This document shows positions 6,597 to 13,015 of a stretch of 13,015 nucleotides of DNA, piece by piece. The notes beneath the pieces are model-generated. The model did no database searches, had not been told where the DNA came from, and worked only from the letters and a program-made list of their open reading frames with translations. The DNA is taken from NCBI GenBank assembly GCA_964388035.1, contig CAYLZE010000068.1, positions 1 through 13,015 on the forward strand, in the 5' to 3' direction. Position 1 is the stretch's first letter. Each line of letters starts with the position of its first letter. Source of the stretch: an uncultured archaeon (lineage in GTDB: Archaea; Asgardarchaeota; Lokiarchaeia; Sigyniarchaeales; SOKP01). Made by a program: the position numbers and the translations under genes.

Positions 6597-7515
6597 ATGT
6601 CATTATGGATTAGAAAAGCGATCTTTTATCAAAATTAATATCGAAATTAATCATGCGGCAGATGTAAAAAGAAATCAGGAACGCTATTCAACCCGCATGA
6701 AAGGGAAATGCATCGTTCTGTTATTCAGAAAAACATCTACACGCACGAGAGTATCCTTTCAGAATGGAATGTATCAATTAGGAGGAAATGCAATCTATTT
6801 GGATTGGCTAACGACGAATTTGCATTTAGGGGATCTTTCTGATGAAATCAAGTGCATGACGAGCTATGTAGATTTATTGATGGCAAGGGTTTATAAACAA
6901 GATACCTTGGAAATCATGAAAAACGCTTCAAGCGTGCCTGTTATTAATGGATTATCCGATTTATATCATCCTTGCCAAATATTAAGCGATTTATTGACCA
7001 TTAAGGAAAAAATGGGGCGGTTTGAGGGAGTACATTTAGCATATATTGGTGATGGAAACAATGTATGCAATTCCTTGATCATCGGATGTACCATGGCAGG
7101 AATTCATGTTTCCGTGGCAACTCCTAAAGAGTATAAACCCTCAAATGAAGCTTTGGAGTGGGTCCGAGCTCAAAATAAGATGAATCTTTTGACGTTATAT
7201 GAAGACCCCGTCGATGCAGTTAAAAATGCCGATTTTGTTTATACGGATACTTTTATCTCAATGGGGCAAGAACAAGAAACGGAGATTAGACTTAAAGTGT
7301 TTAAAGACTACCAAATTAATAAAGCATTATTGAGTCATACGAAAAAAGATCCTTATATCCTGCATTGTCTTCCGGACCATAGAGGTATTGAAATTACCAG
7401 CGAAGTCTTGGACTCCGAAAAGTCAATAGTATTTGAACAAGCCGAAAATAGATTGCATCTTCAAAAAGCTCTAATGTTGCACCTTTTGGGAAAGGGGTCA
7501 ATGGAAGAAGAATAA
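6597..7515 (+). CDS. argF: Ornithine carbamoyltransferase; 5' end appears frameshifted and shortened (intact frame 6697-7515)
   Basis: STRTR, HPCQ, GDGNNV, DTFISMG, HCLP and QAENR motifs. The OTC-like frame extends upstream of 6697 (GLEKRSFIKIN), but the plausible start, ATG 6597, is one base out of frame. Confidence 0.85.
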
Positions 7516-7521
7516 GCGATC

Positions 7522-7586
7522 TTTTTTACTTTTAAAGAAAGATATTTTTAAAACGAGATTTTTAAGTTCACATAAAAAAAAAGAAA
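7522..7586. terminator. Convergent U-tract terminators (argF on +, iorB on -)
   Basis: T run at 7522-7533 on the + strand; A run at 7574-7586 gives a U tract on the - strand. Confidence 0.55.
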
Positions 7587-7597
7587 GCTTTAATTTT

Positions 7598-8203
7598 TTA
7601 AATATAATTATATCCCAAATCAATAGCTTTTAAATTTGCTTCTACTACCTTGATAGGAACTACCTTCGGTATTACTTGTTTTAACTGATCCAAAGTAATT
7701 GGAAAGTCCTCTTGGTTAGCTAAAGCACCCAATAGGACTACATTTGAAGTGAGAGGATTTCCTGCCTTATTGGCGAGTTCTAATGCTTTGACTAGTTTAA
7801 TTTGCGAGCTGAATTGTTTCATTTTCTGAATGATATTTTCAATGGAAATATAAGGCTTATCTGGATTTTTTACTCTCTCAAAGGTGCTTTGAACGGGGTA
7901 CCACATGTAATCATTTAAAATGATACTTCCCTCTTTTTTTATAAATTCAATGTTTCGAAGCCCTTCAATCGCTTCCATTGCTAGCAACACGTCTGCTTCC
8001 CCGTAAGGAATCAAGGGAGAATAAATCTCCTCTACCGTGCTTATTCGAATATGCGTGTAGATGGACCCTGAACGTTGGGCTAATCCATGAGTCTCTGCCG
8101 TCCTTATGTTATATCCGAAGTCAGCGCAAGCTAATCCCATTATATTGGAAACCAACATCAAGCCTTGTCCTCCCACCCCACAAGTCATTATGTTATAAAT
8201 CAT
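7598..8203 (-). CDS. iorB: Indolepyruvate:ferredoxin oxidoreductase beta subunit
   Basis: GVGGQG, ETHGLAQRSGS, SPLIPYGEAD and NVVLLGA motifs; overlaps the iorA end by 11 bp. Confidence 0.95.
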   Translation of the reverse strand: MIYNIMTCGVGGQGLMLVSNIMGLACADFGYNIRTAETHGLAQRSGSIYTHIRISTVEEIYSPLIPYGEADVLLAMEAIEGLRNIEFIKKEGSIILNDYMWYPVQSTFERVKNPDKPYISIENIIQKMKQFSSQIKLVKALELANKAGNPLTSNVVLLGALANQEDFPITLDQLKQVIPKVVPIKVVEANLKAIDLGYNYI

Positions 8204-10181
8204 GACGCACCTCCCTCTGTTCGTGATAAGGCTTTATTACATCCTTTTCAGAGCGGTTCTCATGATCAGTATAAGGACAGAGAATGGAACATACTCCACA
8301 ACCGTCACAGAGTTCTGCTGAAATATGGGAAGAATATCCCTTCCAAACTTTATTTTGGTCATCTGTATATTCCTTAAACTCCGATTCCATTGAAATCGCG
8401 GGACAATAAAAGTCTTTCATGCAAGTATGGCATTTTCGACAAATTTGCCAATCCACATGAAAAGGTTGGATTTTCTCGCCCCTTTTTCGCTTGTTTCGAT
8501 CGTTCCAGAGGGCACACGGTCCTCTTGAGATTACTATCCTGGGGCCGGGCTGTTCAAATGCTTGTTTTAGGGGAGCGATTGCATTTTTCGTGTCAAAGCA
8601 TTCAATCACGGTTATGTTTTGAAATCCTATTCCTTTTAGTACATCCTCGATTTGAATCTTATTCTTTGGATTGTTGCCAGGTCCATATCCCGTTCCGGGA
8701 TTGGGTTGCTGTCCGGTCATTGCGGTGACTGAATTATCCACTATCATAATGAGGACATTTTCATTATTATTACAGATATTTATCATCCCAGGTAGGCCCG
8801 CATGAAAAAACGTGCTGTCTCCGATTACCGAGATAACTTTCTCCTCGGAAGCTAGTGAGATTCCACTTCCTGCTCCTAAGGTCGCACCCATTGCGAGCAT
8901 TAAGTCATCCGCATTCACTTTAAAATAGATATCTTTATTTAGGAGCAACATGGAATAACATCCAATATCATTGATGAAGGCAATGTTGTTAGATTTTCCA
9001 CTAATGGCTCTCTGTAATGCCCAAAACGTGGCTCTATGAGGACAACCCGGACAAAAAACGGGAATTCGAACGGGCAAAATAGTCTTTAAGTTTGAAGCCG
9101 TTTGAAGGATCTGATCATATGCTAGCTTCGAATCCAATTTAAATGCATCGTTTAGAGCTTTCATGACAATAGGAACGTTATACTCAAATGCTTCGCTGAA
9201 AGCTCCCGATTCTTTTCCAATTATTTCCACGTTTGGATTAACATCCTTTGCTAATGCTTTTACTTGTAATTCCAAATAAGGCGATAATTCTTCTACAATT
9301 ATCAATTTTTCTAAATCTTTAATGAACGTATTGATCAACGTGCGCGGAAGGGGATAAGTGGTGCCTATTTTCAAGATGGGCGGATTAATATTTAATTTTT
9401 GAGTGGCTTCTAAAACGTAATTATAAGAAATTCCTGAAGTGATTATTCCCACTTTAGACGTGCCTTCATGTTCCTTGTTGAAAGGAGAATCATTAAATTC
9501 CGACTCTATTATTTTAACCTTTTCCAGCAATTTTAGCTTTAACTCCCTTGCTTTAGCACCTACGGTCGAATATTTCTTATTAAACGCTCTGAAACTACTT
9601 TTCTCAAATGGAGTGCGATTAAGAGGGGCAAGAGGTACGATGGTGGATTGGTGGTTAATCCGGGTCGTGGTGCGAACGAGAACGATCGTTTGATGCTTTT
9701 CTGATAATTCAAATGCCCATTTCACCATTTCTTTTGCTTCCACCGGATCGGTCGGTTCTAGCATGGGAATGTAGGCATAGCGACCAAAAAATCTTCCGTC
9801 TTCTTCACTTTGAGAAGAATGGCAATAAGGATCATCGGCAAATACCAGAACACATCCTTTATTTACTCCCGTGTATCCCAGACTGAAAAAGGTATCCGAA
9901 GCAACGTTTAAGCCGACGCTTTTCATGGCGGTTAATGATCTCTGCCCTCCCATGGATGCCCCCGCCACGATTTCAAGGGCAACTTTTTCATTGGTTGCAA
10001 CTTCCATCTTGATATTAAAATCATCGGAAATTTCGAAAAATGTATCCAATATTTCCGATACGGGTGAGCCGGGATAAAATGCTACCACTTTCACGTCCGC
10101 CTCCAACGCTCCACGAACTATCGCTTCATTACAAAATAAAAAAGCTTTTTCTTTATCTCGTGCTATGACATCCTTAATCAT
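8193..10181 (-). CDS. iorA: Indolepyruvate:ferredoxin oxidoreductase alpha subunit
   Basis: NEAIVRG, YPGSP, NEKVALE, MKSVGLNVASD, CPGCPHR, TPP motif GDSTFFH...DN, and a C-terminal ferredoxin with CRKCHTC...CP and CDGCGVC...CP. SD GAGGT at 10188-10192. Confidence 0.96.
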   Translation of the reverse strand: MIKDVIARDKEKAFLFCNEAIVRGALEADVKVVAFYPGSPVSEILDTFFEISDDFNIKMEVATNEKVALEIVAGASMGGQRSLTAMKSVGLNVASDTFFSLGYTGVNKGCVLVFADDPYCHSSQSEEDGRFFGRYAYIPMLEPTDPVEAKEMVKWAFELSEKHQTIVLVRTTTRINHQSTIVPLAPLNRTPFEKSSFRAFNKKYSTVGAKARELKLKLLEKVKIIESEFNDSPFNKEHEGTSKVGIITSGISYNYVLEATQKLNINPPILKIGTTYPLPRTLINTFIKDLEKLIIVEELSPYLELQVKALAKDVNPNVEIIGKESGAFSEAFEYNVPIVMKALNDAFKLDSKLAYDQILQTASNLKTILPVRIPVFCPGCPHRATFWALQRAISGKSNNIAFINDIGCYSMLLLNKDIYFKVNADDLMLAMGATLGAGSGISLASEEKVISVIGDSTFFHAGLPGMINICNNNENVLIMIVDNSVTAMTGQQPNPGTGYGPGNNPKNKIQIEDVLKGIGFQNITVIECFDTKNAIAPLKQAFEQPGPRIVISRGPCALWNDRNKRKRGEKIQPFHVDWQICRKCHTCMKDFYCPAISMESEFKEYTDDQNKVWKGYSSHISAELCDGCGVCSILCPYTDHENRSEKDVIKPYHEQREVRHDL
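8208..8214 (-). promoter_or_regulatory. Shine-Dalgarno GGAGGTG of iorB (inside the iorA 3' end)
   Basis: GGAGGTG lies 4 nt before the ATG at 8203. Confidence 0.7.
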
Positions 10182-10251
10182 GTTTAAACCTCAACGAATA
10201 GCTCAAGGAATAATTGATTTTATACTCTTAAAAATGTTCTAATTATATTAT

Positions 10252-10284
10252 ATAGGAACATTCCTTACAAAACCATGTTCCTAT
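10252..10284. promoter_or_regulatory. Perfect 10-13-10 inverted repeat upstream of iorAB (putative operator)
   Basis: ATAGGAACAT-N13-ATGTTCCTAT. Confidence 0.5.
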
Positions 10285-10353
10285 TAGAAGAAGAGTAAAA
10301 GAAAAATTATTGCAAAATACCGCTCAAATAAGGGATCATTAAAAATTCAAATT

Positions 10354-10701
10354 TCACTTTTTTTTCAAGAAATCAGGCAATAAACCATCCAAACCAAGGC
10401 TTCTTAATACAGTATCGCCCGTGTCAATCTTTACCTTCATTTCTTGCATGTTCTTAATCGCCTGTTCCAAGGATTTTGCAAAAGTTTCGGTCATTTTTAA
10501 AATCGCTTCAGAAGTGAGCTCTAAAGATTCCTTTATCGTCGTATTCGTTTCACTCAGGATGCTACTCATCTTATCCATGGCGGTGGAGACTTTCTCGGAT
10601 AAATTGGAAATCTCTTCACTTACAGCGTGCATTTCTGTCTTAATCTCGGACAGTTCCGCTTTCATATCTTTTATTCCAAACATTTTTTCATGCCATGACA
10701 A
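10354..10701 (-). CDS. Small coiled-coil/amphipathic helical protein of unknown function
   Basis: 115 aa; heptad-like M/L/I/V periodicity over residues ~10-90; no TM segment. Confidence 0.8.
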   Translation of the reverse strand: MSWHEKMFGIKDMKAELSEIKTEMHAVSEEISNLSEKVSTAMDKMSSILSETNTTIKESLELTSEAILKMTETFAKSLEQAIKNMQEMKVKIDTGDTVLRSLGLDGLLPDFLKKK

Positions 10702-10900
10702 ACATGGATTGAATGAACTTTTAATATTTCAACTAATAATCATTAAAAGAAACCTTTTCATATCAAATTTATTCATGGACCAGAACAAAAATTGGATTAA
10801 CAGGGTTAGTTTAAAAAAGTATCATTATGATTACATGTCCTTATAGCAGGAGGGAAAAGCCATGAATTTCCATTTGATGATGAAATGGGAGATAATGGGT

Positions 10901-11311
10901 TTAATGGTGATGATCGGAAGCATCATCCGCTTCCGTGTGGATTTTATCTACTCCGTAACCCTTTCCTCCTCCCGGAGAACAAATACTCTCTCCCCCTTCT
11001 AACGTACCATCCAACATTTTCTTAATTACTTCCTTGATGTCTCCGTCTACCCCGGTGATTACTTCAATTCCATATTGATTGAAGAATTGAATCGCTCGTT
11101 GCCCCATTCCACCAGTAATCATGCATTTCGCCCCTTGCTCATTCACAAATGCTGGAATGGTCCCAACCGCATGCCCAGGATTATTTAATTCTCTTATTTC
11201 GACTACTTCATTATTCTCATTAATTTCCACGAATGTGAAACTGGGGGCTCGCCCAAAATGAGCGGATACTCTTCCCGAATCTGAACTAATTGCAATGATC
11301 ATTTTTTTCAA
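10901..11311 (-). CDS. NifB/NifX-family (MTH1175-like) cofactor-binding protein
   Basis: VSAHFGRAPSF, GGMGQRA and GIEVITG motifs with a Cys/His-containing tail. Start is TTG 11311 or ATG 11302. Confidence 0.9.
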   Translation of the reverse strand: MKKMIIAISSDSGRVSAHFGRAPSFTFVEINENNEVVEIRELNNPGHAVGTIPAFVNEQGAKCMITGGMGQRAIQFFNQYGIEVITGVDGDIKEVIKKMLDGTLEGGESICSPGGGKGYGVDKIHTEADDASDHHH

Positions 11312-11340
11312 TTTTTTTATTTAAGTATATATAAGATTTG

Positions 11341-11374
11341 ATATTTATAAATATTTTTGAATATATATTCAAAA
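11341..11374. promoter_or_regulatory. TATA-containing 14-bp palindrome abutting a perfect 20-bp palindrome (putative operator)
   Basis: ATATTTATAAATAT (11341-11354) and TTTTGAATATATATTCAAAA (11355-11374). Confidence 0.6.
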
Positions 11375-11473
11375 TAAATTAAATACACTTTCCCGCTAAA
11401 GTTATTTCCTATAACAATTATAATTTTATTTTAAAAAACTCTTACTTACATGCAAGTATTAAATGATGATCAC

Positions 11474-11620
11474 ATGTCAGAATGGAAAAATAAAATTGAT
11501 GATACATGCCGAGATACTTCGGACGCGTTTTGTACGGGTTGAATTTTTGTAGACAGTGTTATCAAGGTCGTTAGAAAAGTAAAGAATCGCAATAAAACGA
11601 AAAAACCTTCAAAAAAATAA
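11474..11620 (+). CDS. Candidate small selenoprotein (CxxU), 48 aa; alternative in-frame ATG at 11450
   Basis: MSEWKNKIDDTCRDTSDAFCTG-[TGA 11540-11542]-IFVDSVIKVVRKVKNRNKTKKPSKK-TAA, followed by a foldable 3' UTR and a + strand U tract. Confidence 0.35.
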
Positions 11621-11692
11621 TGAATCTCGAAAATTAAATCATTAAATGATAGGATTTAATTGATATGTTCCGCAAGAACCATGAGATTTGAT
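11620..11692 (+). other. Structured 3' UTR (three-way junction; non-canonical SECIS candidate)
   Basis: GAAUCUC/GAGAUUU (11622-11628/11683-11689), AAUUAAAUC/GAUUUAAUU (11632-11640/11653-11661) and GUUC/GAAC (11667-11679), flanked by AUGA and UGAU. Confidence 0.3.
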
Positions 11693-11700
11693 GTACTATC

Positions 11701-11768
11701 TCTTTTTTTCTATTTTTTCAATCAACCACGTAAAAAAAGTAAATTTTAGTAAAAAGAAAAAGGGAAAA
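11701..11768. terminator. Convergent U-tract terminators
   Basis: T tract at 11701-11718 on + (no tracked + strand gene precedes it); A-rich tract at 11751-11768 just after the wecC-like stop on -. Confidence 0.5.
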
Positions 11769-11770
11769 TG

Positions 11771-13015
11771 TTAGAGACGGTGGTTGCCTTCTCCCACTTT
11801 CTTGTAAATAAATCCTTTCGCTTCTACTTCCTTTTTATTGAAAATATTCCTTCCGTCAATGATAATCGGAGTTCTGACTTTTTTCTTGAGTTCATCAAGA
11901 TCAATATCATAATATTGGCGGTGATTTGTCGCAAAGATCAATACATCCGAATCCACCACAGCTTTGTCAAAATCATCCGTTAATTCCGTGAGATTATAAT
12001 CCTTTTCCTTCACGTAGGGATCGTGAGCAATATAATTTATGTTATGCGAATGATATCGATTTTGTAAAATCATGACGATATTTTCCGACGGCGTATTTCT
12101 GGTGTCATCAGTATCGGCTTTATACGAAACCCCCAATAAAGCAATCTTGAGATTATCAAGGGGCATTCCATTTTCTTGAAGTGCTTCCTCCATTAATTCT
12201 ACCACGTGTTCTGGCATGAAATCATTTAAATCTCTTGAATTCGGTACGATTTTTATCCTATCCTTGAACTTTTTTTTAGTGTATGCCTCATGTCCATATA
12301 ACAATAACCAAGGATCTTTAGTGAGACAATGTCCTCCCACCCCGGAACCTGGATAATGCATCATCCTATCATGGCGATAATTTATCAATCTTATAATTTC
12401 ATACACATTTCGGTTAAAATCTTCGCATAACAGCGCCATCTCATTTGCAAAAGCGATGTTCACATCCCGATAAGAATTTTCTATGCATTTGGTCAGTTCT
12501 GCGGTTAATGTATCCGTGACCTGGAGTTCTTTTTTTACCACCTTGCCATACAGAAATTTTGCCCGTTTATTAGCTTCTTCACATCCTCCTCCAATGACTC
12601 GCGGAAAATCCGTGATATATTCGATTAATTTTCCCGGCATCACCCTCTCGAAGGAAAAAACGAGATAAAAGTCCGTTCCCCTTTTTAACCGACTTCCTTT
12701 TTCTAAGATGGGTTGAACGATGTTATCCGTGGTACCGGGGGCGACAGTGGACTCAATGATGATAGTAACTCCTTTTTTCATGTATTTAGCAACTTCTTCA
12801 GAGACTTCTTTTAAAGATTCATAACGAGGGATCCGTAGATCATCAACGGGTGTTTGTACATCTATCAAAATATAGTCCGCTTTTTTTATCTCATCATATT
12901 TATCCGTCACTTTAAATTTGCCATTTTTGACTACCCGAGAGATTAATGCATCTAAACCCGGTTCCTCCCCCTCGAAGGGATTCTTTCCGGCATTTAACCA
13001 GTCAATCTTCCAACC
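11771..13015 (-). CDS. wecC: UDP-N-acetyl-hexosamine (nucleotide-sugar) dehydrogenase, WecC/WbpA-like, 5'-truncated by window edge
   Basis: DVQTP, ESTVAPGTT, ERVMPG, AELTKCIENSYRDVNIAFANE, GGHCLTKDP and YKADTDDTRNTP. The frame stays open to the window edge (GWKIDWLNAGKNPFEGEEPGL). The exact substrate is not determinable, so the symbol is tentative. Confidence 0.85.
   Translation of the reverse strand, partial: GWKIDWLNAGKNPFEGEEPGLDALISRVVKNGKFKVTDKYDEIKKADYILIDVQTPVDDLRIPRYESLKEVSEEVAKYMKKGVTIIIESTVAPGTTDNIVQPILEKGSRLKRGTDFYLVFSFERVMPGKLIEYITDFPRVIGGGCEEANKRAKFLYGKVVKKELQVTDTLTAELTKCIENSYRDVNIAFANEMALLCEDFNRNVYEIIRLINYRHDRMMHYPGSGVGGHCLTKDPWLLLYGHEAYTKKKFKDRIKIVPNSRDLNDFMPEHVVELMEEALQENGMPLDNLKIALLGVSYKADTDDTRNTPSENIVMILQNRYHSHNINYIAHDPYVKEKDYNLTELTDDFDKAVVDSDVLIFATNHRQYYDIDLDELKKKVRTPIIIDGRNIFNKKEVEAKGFIYKKVGEGNHRL

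Noticed and set aside
7978-10077. Five short + strand ORFs (7978, 8165, 8390, 9439, 9871)
   Set aside because: Antisense shadows of iorB and iorA.
10421-10846. + strand 141-aa ORF
   Set aside because: Mostly antisense to the coiled-coil gene, with a mirror-frame composition.
10870-10888. CCATTT/AAATGG hairpin with a TGATGA word after the NifX-family gene
   Set aside because: Short stem and no matching D box; at most a 3'-end stem-loop.
10901-11311. Evidence of nitrogen fixation
   Set aside because: Stand-alone NifB/NifX-family proteins are common in non-diazotrophs, and no nif genes are present.
11768-12668. + strand 71-aa and 61-aa ORFs
   Set aside because: Antisense to the nucleotide-sugar dehydrogenase gene.

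Overview
AT-rich archaeal chromosomal window. It is most consistent with an Asgard (Lokiarchaeia-like) genome; this is inferred from the longin-like and RING genes and from archaeal TATA, Shine-Dalgarno and U-tract signals. Housekeeping genes: the 3' part of gdhA, an ArsB/NhaD/SLC13-superfamily permease, argF with a damaged 5' end, iorAB, a NifB/NifX-family gene and the 3' part of a WecC-like nucleotide-sugar dehydrogenase. Less ordinary genes: a longin-domain protein, an SRPBCC/CoxG-like protein, a 70-aa C4C4 RING protein with near-CNOT4 spacing, an orphan histidine kinase whose sensor resembles a VUT/YhhQ (preQ0) transporter, and a small coiled-coil protein. The intergenic DNA holds several features missed by the ORF track: a 60-nt box C/D sRNA candidate (4216-4275), a micro-ORF with an in-frame UGA in a C-T-G-U context followed by a structured 3' UTR (candidate selenoprotein, 11474-11620), a 355-bp segment bracketed by a 17-bp duplication of a gene's 3' end, a 155-bp element closed by inverted repeats, and two operator-like palindromes. 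All family calls are motif recognition by eye; no searches were run.
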